Shown piece after piece: positions 35,088-44,137 of a stretch of 64,000 nucleotides of DNA (position 1 is its first letter; the number at the start of each line of letters is the position of its first letter). The notes under the pieces are model-generated. The model ran no database searches. It was not told the DNA's origin and saw only the letters and a list, made by a program, of their open reading frames with translations. This stretch comes from a virus, in the IMG/VR virus record IMGVR_UViG_3300042317_001497; one strand, 5' to 3'. The position numbers and the translations under genes are program-made.

Positions 35088-35851
35088 GTGAACTGAATTC
35101 CTTTATGAAGAAGCTGGCAGTCTATGTTTTTATCTATAAAATAATTATTAAACTCATCCTTCATAGAGGATACTGTGAATCCTGCTGATGCAAGAGATGT
35201 TGGAACAAAACCTTCTGAATAACCGTAAAAATTGTTATTATTTAAATCTAGTAAATATTTCATAGCACGATTAGAAAATCTAACTATAGGAAAGAAAGAT
35301 CCAATATGAATATCTATGCTTTTGAAATTATCTCCTGGTCCTGGACACATATGTAACCAATTTCCATGTGATCCAGACATTCTATTATTAATAACACTAA
35401 TCCTAGGGAGGTTGGTATAATTTTCTTTTTTAAAAGCTTGTATAGCTATAAAGTCATCATTATACTCGTTGTACTCATTTAAAAAATCTTTCAGATTACC
35501 TGTAAAATCCACATCGTCATCAAAAAACCAGTAATAGTCATAATTAGGATTACTAATATAGAATACTAGCATTCTGAAATGAGCATAAAAGTATTTAGGA
35601 TTTTGATGATTCCCCCATCTATGTTTCAGATTAATAGGTCTATTAAAATTATATTTATTAAAATCATCATTGTTATATAAACAAATTTGAGAATCATATT
35701 TATTATGTATAGTATTTTTGTCTATATTATTTTGATTATCAAATAATACAAAAAAATTTTTTCCAAAATGAGATGAGAATTTTTTGATTAAAGTATTTCC
35801 ATCTCCATGAAAAGTTCTGTCATATGAACTCATAACTATAGGATTATTCAT
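35072..35851 (-). CDS. putative GT-A glycosyltransferase
   Basis: YDYYWFFDDDV DxD motif; cassette context. Confidence 0.6.
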   Translation of the reverse strand: MNNPIVMSSYDRTFHGDGNTLIKKFSSHFGKNFFVLFDNQNNIDKNTIHNKYDSQICLYNNDDFNKYNFNRPINLKHRWGNHQNPKYFYAHFRMLVFYISNPNYDYYWFFDDDVDFTGNLKDFLNEYNEYNDDFIAIQAFKKENYTNLPRISVINNRMSGSHGNWLHMCPGPGDNFKSIDIHIGSFFPIVRFSNRAMKYLLDLNNNNFYGYSEGFVPTSLASAGFTVSSMKDEFNNYFIDKNIDCQLLHKGIQFTWEWL

Positions 35852-36659
35852 ATAATACCGTTTTTAGTGTTTGATGCCATTCAGGAATTCTATTAAATTG
35901 ATGTACTATATCATATATATCATTATTTTTTGATATAACTACCCTATTTTTTATTTTAGGTATACCATATTTTATATTATTTCTAAAACCCCAAGCATCA
36001 AAAAAAGAGGTAGGACCAGCAACAGCACAATGCATAGCCCACGCATCATCAAGAGTAAATATTTTTAATTTAGGAATTTCATTATTATATACCATAACAA
36101 TCAAAGCTGCTTGATCTTTAATATCATGATTATTATTACTATTTTCACATAGTTCAAACATTCTTTTATATAGATTAATTAATGATAGTCTTTTTCCTGC
36201 TATTACTCCAGAATTAATAACCTCATAATTTTTACATTTGTTAATTTCTTGCGGAAATAATTTATTGATATTGTCATAATTCCAAGGCTCATGACAAATA
36301 TCTAAACCTTCTCCTGATACAAAGATATCAAAATTATTAGTATCTAATTTAGAAAAAGGATCTGATTGGAAAATAACGTCAAATACATCAGTAGATAATA
36401 ATATATCATAATTACATTCTGTTAAGTAATTATGTATATAGTATAATCGTTTATGATTAATTTGATGAGTATAATCTACATTATAATATTTACAAATAAT
36501 ATTTAGATCATTACAAAAATTTATATCTTCGTTGGTGGCATTAGCAACCAATAAAACTATATCATGATCACAAAACTTTTTAAAACTCTTTATCCATAGA
36601 TCTATTTTTTCTTTATGTACAATAACATTGTTACAAAAGCCTATCAAAGCTTTTTTCAT
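35844..36659 (-). CDS. putative GT-A glycosyltransferase
   Basis: LSTDVFDVIFQSDPF, INSGVIAG, DQAAL, IVHQFNR. Confidence 0.7.
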   Translation of the reverse strand: MKKALIGFCNNVIVHKEKIDLWIKSFKKFCDHDIVLLVANATNEDINFCNDLNIICKYYNVDYTHQINHKRLYYIHNYLTECNYDILLSTDVFDVIFQSDPFSKLDTNNFDIFVSGEGLDICHEPWNYDNINKLFPQEINKCKNYEVINSGVIAGKRLSLINLYKRMFELCENSNNNHDIKDQAALIVMVYNNEIPKLKIFTLDDAWAMHCAVAGPTSFFDAWGFRNNIKYGIPKIKNRVVISKNNDIYDIVHQFNRIPEWHQTLKTVLYE

Positions 36660-37909
36660 AGAGAACCCTCTATTTTATCACACCAGCCCAGCGATTTACT
36701 GTGAGGCCAAACTACCCATTTAGATGGTCTCTTATCTGTTTGGAAAGTCCTCCATATTTTACAATAATTATCAGGATCATTCTTCATTCTTAATATTTCA
36801 CCTTCATCACAATCCTGTCTATATAAATCTGTATCATTAGAGTCTTTAAAAACTACACACCAGAAGTCATAATCATTATGAGGAACACTAGAATAAGACA
36901 CATCTATACAGTGTTTGAATATTTTACTCAAAGATCTATCAAAATCTTCATCAGAAGCATCACATAATGGGTCTGGAGGAGCTTTATGGTCTAACACATT
37001 TTGTGTAACACTTCTTCTAGAAAAACTCAATCCTGAATATTTTTCATATTCTCTTAATGTACGAACAGATCCAAATCCATAAATACCAAAATCAATATCT
37101 TGTTTTTCATCGTCCATACCAAAAAGAATTCTATTCCTTCTGTGGCTTTCTTCGTTTCTTTTGTGCCAAACTTTATCGTCATCCCATTGTTTAGTTCGTC
37201 CTTTTCTGGTATATTCATGCCAACAGACTATTTTATGTGGATGAAATAGATCATATCCATGTGTGAATGCTCTAGCTGCTATACTTATTTCTTCTCCATG
37301 AAAATAATAATTAGGATCATGCTGCACTTCTTTAGAAAATTCACCTATAGAAAAAGCAAAATGAGCGCTATAGAATCGAGCTTTAAGAGGATTTGTAGAA
37401 TCATCCCAACTATCGAATGATGCAGGTAGAAAAAATACGGCCCCTTCTGGAATAAACCTGTCAAAATTCATTTTCCAAGGAATAGTAACTCTTTCTTGTG
37501 GGTCATTTTCCGGATTAAAACTAGGTATATATGAAGTTATAAGAGGTTTTTCATGTCCCTTTAACTGTAATGATAATAACATTTCTATTAAAATTTCATC
37601 CCAACCTTCTACGAATCTGTGATGAGAATCTAATTGCAGAGTATATTTTTCTCCATCATAAAGCTGCTGAACTTTATTCCTAGCCCAACAAACACCCTTT
37701 GATTCTCTATAGTCAATATCTAAAATTCTAAATCTATTATCATTATTAAATTCTTCTAATGTGTCCCATTCGTCTTCCGTGTTATGTTGCCAAGCTATGC
37801 CTATCCTTAGATTTTCGGGGTATTTGCATTTGGCTACGCAATCTTTTAGAGTTGATAGTAATTGGGGGTCTCTGTAAGACGCGATCTGTATAAAGATTGT
37901 GTTAGACAT
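36656..37909 (-). CDS. GT60-like (Skp1/GNT1-type) alpha-GlcNAc transferase
   Basis: IFIQIASYRD, GVCWAR, YTLQLDSHHRF..WD, FHGEEIS.AAR..T.G.D, WHEY. Confidence 0.85.
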   Translation of the reverse strand: MSNTIFIQIASYRDPQLLSTLKDCVAKCKYPENLRIGIAWQHNTEDEWDTLEEFNNDNRFRILDIDYRESKGVCWARNKVQQLYDGEKYTLQLDSHHRFVEGWDEILIEMLLSLQLKGHEKPLITSYIPSFNPENDPQERVTIPWKMNFDRFIPEGAVFFLPASFDSWDDSTNPLKARFYSAHFAFSIGEFSKEVQHDPNYYFHGEEISIAARAFTHGYDLFHPHKIVCWHEYTRKGRTKQWDDDKVWHKRNEESHRRNRILFGMDDEKQDIDFGIYGFGSVRTLREYEKYSGLSFSRRSVTQNVLDHKAPPDPLCDASDEDFDRSLSKIFKHCIDVSYSSVPHNDYDFWCVVFKDSNDTDLYRQDCDEGEILRMKNDPDNYCKIWRTFQTDKRPSKWVVWPHSKSLGWCDKIEGSL

Positions 37910-38036
37910 AGAAATAGCCTTTTAATGAATAGTAATATCACCAGAGCTGCATAATATTAGTGTATTCTAGGCGATAGTCAATGCGATATTTTTTTATTTT
38001 TTACTTGACATTTGAAAAAAAAAGAGTAACATAACG

Positions 38037-38258
38037 ATGTATCAAAACAACAACAAAGCTATGAAACACAAAGACAACGAAGATTCTGATAGTCGCAAAG
38101 ATTTTCGCAGAGAAAATATAAAAAAGAAGAAAATTCTAGACAAATCTGATCAAGATTCTTTTGATATTAAAAGCAAAAAGAATAGTGAGATAAAAAAGAG
38201 AAAAGAAGAGATAGACGAAGAGGAATGGAAGGACTGGGAAAGGTTCTATAATAGATAG
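38037..38258 (+). CDS. charged hypothetical protein
   Basis: K/D/E-rich, preceded by a TTGACA box near 38005. Confidence 0.6.
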   Translation: MYQNNNKAMKHKDNEDSDSRKDFRRENIKKKKILDKSDQDSFDIKSKKNSEIKKRKEEIDEEEWKDWERFYNR

Positions 38259-38266
38259 TTTATTTT

Positions 38267-38500
38267 ATGTCTAAATATTTAGAAGAACTAGGAACTGGTG
38301 ATAGTTTTAGTATAGAAAATGATATCTATATTTTAACATCAGACTTTAAAAACAACGGAGATAGAATGGCCATTAATGTCAGAACAGGTCTGATTAGATG
38401 GCTAAAAGAAGCCCAGATTGTTGAGATAATTGATTTGTATCTGACATCAGATGGGAATTTTACTCCATTAAAAATTAGAGAGAAAAATGATACTTATTAA
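38267..38500 (+). CDS. hypothetical protein
   Basis: YLEELGTGDSF...LTSDF. Confidence 0.65.
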   Translation: MSKYLEELGTGDSFSIENDIYILTSDFKNNGDRMAINVRTGLIRWLKEAQIVEIIDLYLTSDGNFTPLKIREKNDTY

Positions 38501-38723
38501 AATACAAACTTTTATAAAATCTTTACTATTTCATATTTGGTCAGGTATGCCTAAATCTACAACCGAAACCATTAGAAAAAGATATATTATATGTTTACAG
38601 TGCGAAAAATATAATTCGATAAAATCAGAGTGCGGAGTTTGTGGTTGCTATATAAGCAATAAAAAAAGATTTATTAATAAATTAGCTTGGGCAGATCAAA
38701 GATGTCCGCTAAACAAATGGTAG
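38487..38723 (+). CDS. Cys-rich small protein (DUF6171-like)
   Basis: RYIICLQCE..CGVCGC...RCPLNKW. Confidence 0.65.
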   Translation: MILIKIQTFIKSLLFHIWSGMPKSTTETIRKRYIICLQCEKYNSIKSECGVCGCYISNKKRFINKLAWADQRCPLNKW

Positions 38724-38747
38724 TATCTTAGACATAGAGGGTATTAT

Positions 38748-39308
38748 ATGGTTTCTGTATATAAAAAATCTATAAGTAGTTATATATTATCAAAAAATAA
38801 TTTATTTGATTCTATTAAAAAAAGAGTAGAAGCAGAACATACTGGGTCTACAGTAATAGTTCCTCATGTTTGTAATAACATAGATTTATTTGGGGCAGGT
38901 TTCGCATCAGCGGTTGCTCAAGAATATCCTTCAGTTAAACAAGATTATCATCTTTTAGGTAAAAGTTTTCTAAGAAATAGTCTTGGACATTCTCAGTTTA
39001 TCAAAGTATATGAAGAAAAAAAATATAAACATAAAATCTATTTTGTTAATATGATAGCACAAAATGGAGTTAAAAATCCTAACAACTCTAGGCCATTAAA
39101 TTATGCTGCCTTGGCTAGTTGTATGTTAAAAATATCTCATTTTATCAATCAAAATACCGGTTTCTCGAATAAGAGCGAACAGGTAGAAATTCATGCACCT
39201 AAATTTGGTAGTGGTTTGTCCGGAGGTAATTGGAATTTTATAAGCGATCTTATAGAAGATGTTTGGTCTAAATACATGGTATATATTTATGAGTATAACA
39301 AAAAATAA
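38748..39308 (+). CDS. macro-domain protein (TARG1/Poa1-like)
   Basis: HVCNN..FGAGFA..V, NMIAQ, PKFGSGLSGGNW. Confidence 0.85.
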   Translation: MVSVYKKSISSYILSKNNLFDSIKKRVEAEHTGSTVIVPHVCNNIDLFGAGFASAVAQEYPSVKQDYHLLGKSFLRNSLGHSQFIKVYEEKKYKHKIYFVNMIAQNGVKNPNNSRPLNYAALASCMLKISHFINQNTGFSNKSEQVEIHAPKFGSGLSGGNWNFISDLIEDVWSKYMVYIYEYNKK

Positions 39309-39582
39309 AGAATTTATTAATTGGATAGTACAAAGAATGAAACATAAATATAAAGAAGATACTATTATTATTAATAGTCTAAATTATATTAATGAAAATT
39401 TTATTTTTGTACCTAAAAAAATTAGTTTAGAATTTGTAGACAAAATTTGCAGTAAACACTATCCTGATTTTAATCTCGAAAAATGTGATGATTTAAATTT
39501 TGGATTTGATGAATCCGAAAGGATGAGATTAAGAAATTTCGTACTAGATATTATATCTTCTGCTTCGGATATAGAGCTTTAA
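39289..39582 (+). CDS. hypothetical protein
   Basis: probable start 39289. Confidence 0.55.
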   Translation: MSITKNKEFINWIVQRMKHKYKEDTIIINSLNYINENFIFVPKKISLEFVDKICSKHYPDFNLEKCDDLNFGFDESERMRLRNFVLDIISSASDIEL

Positions 39583-39585
39583 ATA

Positions 39586-40539
39586 ATGAACAATTCTCTT
39601 ATAGAAGATATAATAAATACACAATTCCAGCATTTAAAAAAGTATAATACATTAGACGTTAATATGCTTGGTAAAGAAGATATTTTATTAAGCGTAGAAG
39701 ATAACAGTTTTCGTATTCAAGCTAATCAAGAACTAAATCACGGATTGTCTTATAGGCTAGAAATACTACTACCATATTTTGCTAACTTTATTTCAATATA
39801 TAAGCCGTTGAATTTCAAAATTATATTAGGCTTGGGGGACATAGTTAATAAAGAATATAACACTGATATTCCGGTAATTTGTTTATCTAAAGAAAAACAT
39901 ATTAATGGGATACTTATTCCCAATATAGATTTTTTTACAGGCTTGGTCAAAGTCTATCTCGATGAATCATCTGGAGACACGGAATATTCTAGTAAAAAAA
40001 ATGAGTCTTTATTTATAGGCTCATCAACTGGTAATTTTGAAAATAATATCAGAGCTCAATATTGTATAAAATGTTTAAATAAAAATAATCATCATGGATA
40101 TATTAATAATTTATGTCAAAATACTAGAGAATTATGGTCTAATAAATACCCTAGTATAGAACAAACTATTCATGATAGTATGTCTATTAAAAATCAATTA
40201 CAATATAAACTCCTAATTAATATAGATGGAAACACATGTTGTTGGAGCAGGCTTTACTGGCAAATGAATTCTAATTCGGTTCCTATTTATATTAATAGAA
40301 ATACAAATGATATTCAGTTTTTTGATTATTACGACCACTCGAATGGTTTTATTAGTTGTTCTTTTGATGAAGCATTCGATATTATGGATCAATTATTAAC
40401 CACAGAGAATAATAAAATTATTGATGAAATAAATATAAAAGGTAAAGAAGATTGTCAAAAAATGTTCACAGACTATACAAAAAGCCCCAAAGTATTCCTA
40501 CAAAATGTTATTAATAACATATTACAAAAATTTTTATGA
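39586..40539 (+). CDS. GT90/CAP10-like glycosyltransferase
   Basis: LFIGSSTG, YKLLINIDGNTCCWSRLYWQM. Confidence 0.7.
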   Translation: MNNSLIEDIINTQFQHLKKYNTLDVNMLGKEDILLSVEDNSFRIQANQELNHGLSYRLEILLPYFANFISIYKPLNFKIILGLGDIVNKEYNTDIPVICLSKEKHINGILIPNIDFFTGLVKVYLDESSGDTEYSSKKNESLFIGSSTGNFENNIRAQYCIKCLNKNNHHGYINNLCQNTRELWSNKYPSIEQTIHDSMSIKNQLQYKLLINIDGNTCCWSRLYWQMNSNSVPIYINRNTNDIQFFDYYDHSNGFISCSFDEAFDIMDQLLTTENNKIIDEINIKGKEDCQKMFTDYTKSPKVFLQNVINNILQKFL

Positions 40540-40937
40540 ACTCTCATCAAGAAATTATAAATCAATTACAAATAATTGCTAACGAAATAGATAATAATAA
40601 ACACCAAAGAATATTATTTTGCTTACCTGAAAGTGCTGGTGATATTTTCTTATCTACTAGTTTATTAAGTAGTTTATCGCAAGCTTATCCTAATTTTAAT
40701 ATATATTTTGCTTGCAAACCCGAATATAAAAATATTCTAAAAAATAATCCTTATATATATAAAACTATATCTTATTTACCTATTATGGAAAATCAAGCAT
40801 ATATGGAAGGCAGCGGAGAATGGAAAGGATTATTTGATATATCTATTATGGTTTCAATTTTAACACAAAGACATATAGCATATCTACACAATGGCATAGG
40901 CAAAATAATGTTTAATTTAAAAGGGAATAATTTCTAA
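40536..40937 (+). CDS. GT9 (heptosyltransferase-like) N-terminal half
   Basis: SAGDIFLSTSLLSSL...ILKNNPYI. Confidence 0.7.
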   Translation: MNSHQEIINQLQIIANEIDNNKHQRILFCLPESAGDIFLSTSLLSSLSQAYPNFNIYFACKPEYKNILKNNPYIYKTISYLPIMENQAYMEGSGEWKGLFDISIMVSILTQRHIAYLHNGIGKIMFNLKGNNF

Positions 40938-41482
40938 TGCATTTAATAGAAACTTATGCTATAGTATCTGGTTGTCAAATAAATAAACCATTTATCCACG
41001 AAGAACCTCTAGAGCTGCCTACAAAAAAATATATCACTTTTCATACATATAATCCTAAAGGAGCCGGAAGACAATATAGATCTTGGGATAAAGTTATAAA
41101 TCTACTTAGACAAAATGCCAAATTTGATTATGAACTTATCCAGATAGGTGGTATTTCTGACCATAGACAAAATATCAATATTTCATATCTTGGTAAAACC
41201 ACATATAATTCTCTGGCCTATCTTATCAAACACTCGTCTATGCATGTTGGTTTTGATAGCTTACCTGTTCACCTAGCTTCACACTATCAGAAGAAAATAG
41301 TCTCTATATATGCCCATTATGCCAACAATAGTAAGCCGTATTTCTCTAAAAATAAAGATATTACTATTATAGAACCAGATTTTAGTAAAGTTAAACCTAC
41401 TTTCGCACATGAAGATCCATTTGATTTAATTAATACTATACCTCCAGAAAAGATATACAGTAGCATCATAAATCTTATTTAA
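40937..41482 (+). CDS. GT9 C-terminal half
   Basis: SWDKVI, IQIG, LAYLIKHSSMHVGFDSLPVHLA. Confidence 0.75.
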   Translation: MHLIETYAIVSGCQINKPFIHEEPLELPTKKYITFHTYNPKGAGRQYRSWDKVINLLRQNAKFDYELIQIGGISDHRQNINISYLGKTTYNSLAYLIKHSSMHVGFDSLPVHLASHYQKKIVSIYAHYANNSKPYFSKNKDITIIEPDFSKVKPTFAHEDPFDLINTIPPEKIYSSIINLI

Positions 41483-41484
41483 AT

Positions 41485-42114
41485 ATGAACTATTATTGTC
41501 TTCACCACTCCCCTGCTACAGAAAGAAAAAAATATCTTATAGATTTATTTAATGAACAAAAAATATCTGTAAAATGGATAGAAGATTATTTGCCAGAAAG
41601 CTATGAGGTTATTAATTATCCGACTGTAGAATGTGAACACGCCGCAGACAAAACTGGAAAACTAAATAAACAAGAAATTTCTCTATGCTTAAAACACGTT
41701 AAAGCTTTAGAAGAAATAATAAAGATTAATAACTATGGAGTAATTTTTGAAGACGATATCTCAAATCCTGATTTTTTGTTAAAAGAATTATTACCAATAT
41801 TCTTAGAAAAATTTGAGAATATCAAAGGAGATATATTATGGATAGGTTCTATTGACACTTTACATATAGTACCTGATGATACACTAGATATAGTCGTTCA
41901 TTCTTCATCAGAAACTAAATCAAGAGCGTCCCATTGTTATGTTATACATTCAGATATTTGTAAAAAAGTTCTAAACTATTATAGAGATATCAAAGCCCCA
42001 TCAGATTGGCAATGGAATTATACAATAGATAATTTTCAATTAAAAAGTTGTTGGAGTTATCCTCATATATTACAAAGATCCGAGCAAGGCTCTATTAAAT
42101 CTTTGCTAAGATAG
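41485..42114 (+). CDS. GT25-like glycosyltransferase
   Basis: ERKK, EISLCLKH, VIFEDD, SHCYVI. Confidence 0.75.
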   Translation: MNYYCLHHSPATERKKYLIDLFNEQKISVKWIEDYLPESYEVINYPTVECEHAADKTGKLNKQEISLCLKHVKALEEIIKINNYGVIFEDDISNPDFLLKELLPIFLEKFENIKGDILWIGSIDTLHIVPDDTLDIVVHSSSETKSRASHCYVIHSDICKKVLNYYRDIKAPSDWQWNYTIDNFQLKSCWSYPHILQRSEQGSIKSLLR

Positions 42115-42134
42115 CCTACGATTGTACAATGGCC

Positions 42135-42163
42135 TTGACCCGAACACTTCTCTGTGCTATAGT
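42135..42163 (+). promoter_or_regulatory. sigma70-like promoter
   Basis: TTGACC 42135-42140, 17 bp, TATAGT 42158-42163. Confidence 0.6.
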
Positions 42164-42205
42164 ATGTAGATACGCACACAATAATATAAAAATAACGAGG
42201 AACGA

Positions 42206-42760
42206 ATGTTTGGAGTGGAGAAATCTGACCATCTTGGAGGATATATTTGCGGAGGAGATATTAATACTTCTGCTACTGAGATATGGGACCAGATGATAGA
42301 TAGTGGAATAAAATCATTACTGGACATAGGATGCGGAGAGGGACATTCTACTAAATATTTTTATAACAAAGGAATTGATGTTTTAGGTATTGAGGGTGGA
42401 CAAAACGCTATTAATAACAGTCCAATCAAAGATAAAATTATTTTACATGATTATACAAAAGGTCCATTTATTCCAGAAAAAAAATTTGACGCTATATGGT
42501 GTTGTGAGTTTGTTGAGCATGTATATGAAGAGTTTATAGAAAATTTTCTATCTACATTTGATTATACTAATACCATATATATGACCCATGCTACTCCTGG
42601 ACAGGGAGGATATCATCATGTAAATGAACAACCACAAGAATATTGGATCCATCATATTTGTAAAAGAGGTTTTATATATGATAAAAATTTATCTCTATAT
42701 CTGAGAAGTATTACCAAGGCAAAATGGGTTAAGAACACTTTACTGGTTTTTAAAAAATAA
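42206..42760 (+). CDS. class I SAM-dependent methyltransferase
   Basis: LLDIGCGEG, CCEFVEH, GYHHVNEQ. Confidence 0.85.
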   Translation: MFGVEKSDHLGGYICGGDINTSATEIWDQMIDSGIKSLLDIGCGEGHSTKYFYNKGIDVLGIEGGQNAINNSPIKDKIILHDYTKGPFIPEKKFDAIWCCEFVEHVYEEFIENFLSTFDYTNTIYMTHATPGQGGYHHVNEQPQEYWIHHICKRGFIYDKNLSLYLRSITKAKWVKNTLLVFKK

Positions 42761-42931
42761 TATGAATGATTTTAATTATATTTTAGCTTTTTGTTTTTGT
42801 ATTTCAATTTTTCTTGGAGTTTATACTGCCGTTAAGAATGAGTATAATCTTTCTAAACATCCAGAAAAAGGAGTAAGACCCTCCAGAAATCTTTTTACTT
42901 TTTTGTTCATTGATAGGTTTTAATAAAATAT

Positions 42932-43462
42932 ATGCAGAGACTTAGGAATCAACGAGTTTATTTAGCTGGTGCTATGGATAGAGTACCAGATAGAGGCACA
43001 ACATGGAGGGATAATATAACTCCATTTTTAGAAGAAATGGGTATTATAGTATTCAATCCTATTACCAAGCCTACATCAACAGGTCTAGAAGACCAAGACT
43101 CTCATAATGTCAAGGTAAAACTAAAACAGCAAGAGAGATACGAAGAACTATCAGAAATGATGAAAGTTATTCGTAGAGTAGATTTAAGACTTGTTGATAT
43201 TAGTGATTTTTTAATAGTTAATCTCAATTTAGATATACATCCTTGTGGTACATACGAAGAAATTTTTACTGCTAATAGATGCAAAAAACCTATTCTTATA
43301 CATATGGAACAAGGGAAAAATAATGCTCCTGATTGGATTTTTGGAACCGTTCCTCACCAGATGATTTTTTCAAGATGGGACGATCTAAAATCATACCTTA
43401 TACACATAAACAAAGACGAAAATATTGAATCTTACAAAAGATGGCAATTTTTTAACGTTTAG
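42932..43462 (+). CDS. nucleoside 2-deoxyribosyltransferase-like protein
   Basis: VYLAGAM, VFNP, DLRLVDISD, CGTYEE. Confidence 0.8.
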   Translation: MQRLRNQRVYLAGAMDRVPDRGTTWRDNITPFLEEMGIIVFNPITKPTSTGLEDQDSHNVKVKLKQQERYEELSEMMKVIRRVDLRLVDISDFLIVNLNLDIHPCGTYEEIFTANRCKKPILIHMEQGKNNAPDWIFGTVPHQMIFSRWDDLKSYLIHINKDENIESYKRWQFFNV

Positions 43463-43469
43463 AGAATTA

Positions 43470-43670
43470 ATGCCAAAATATTATGTAAAATCTGGACAAA
43501 TAAAATATATTATACAAAGAGAGAACCACTATACAGCAATAGTTGATGGACTTAAATTATACTCAGGTAAAGGACTTTTAACTAGTATAAAAATTTGTAT
43601 AAGTGAGTCTGGATGGAATAAAAATTTTACATGCTATGATACAGATACTTTTCTAAAAGAAATACTATGA
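43470..43670 (+). CDS. hypothetical protein
   Basis: probable start MPKYYV at 43470. Confidence 0.55.
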   Translation: MPKYYVKSGQIKYIIQRENHYTAIVDGLKLYSGKGLLTSIKICISESGWNKNFTCYDTDTFLKEIL

Positions 43671-44122
43671 ATCTTGAGCACAAAACAAGACCTGACGATC
43701 CCAGGAAATTAAATTATATTCAGACCAGTTCTATTATAGTTGGGGATTCTAAGATTCATGGTAGAGGAGTTTTTGCCACCGAAAATATTGGTAAAAATGA
43801 GCTTATAGAAAGATGTCCATTAATATTAATGGAATATCGGTCTAAATATCAATTAGATCCTCAAATTTTTAATTACATGTATGCTCAACCTCCCTGTTCA
43901 TGTAAAGATTGTCAGACTCACGGATTTTTATTACATATGGCGCTAGGATACGGTATGCTATACAACCATCAAGATAAACCAAATGCTATGTGGAAATTTA
44001 ATTATAGTCAGTTATTAGCGGACGTTATTTGTGTTGAGGATATAAATAAAGGTGAAGAAATTTTTGTAAGCTATGGTAATCAGTATTTTAATGATAAAAC
44101 CAAAATTAATTTAATCAAATAA
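43667..44122 (+). CDS. SET domain protein (lysine methyltransferase-like)
   Basis: IHGRGVFATENI, YNHQDKPN, GEEIFVSYG. Confidence 0.9.
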   Translation: MNLEHKTRPDDPRKLNYIQTSSIIVGDSKIHGRGVFATENIGKNELIERCPLILMEYRSKYQLDPQIFNYMYAQPPCSCKDCQTHGFLLHMALGYGMLYNHQDKPNAMWKFNYSQLLADVICVEDINKGEEIFVSYGNQYFNDKTKINLIK

Positions 44123-44137
44123 AAAGGTAGTTGAATA

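Noticed and set aside
33690-37990. Invertible (phase-variable) cassette
   Set aside because: No inverted repeats at the two boundaries and no site-specific recombinase were seen
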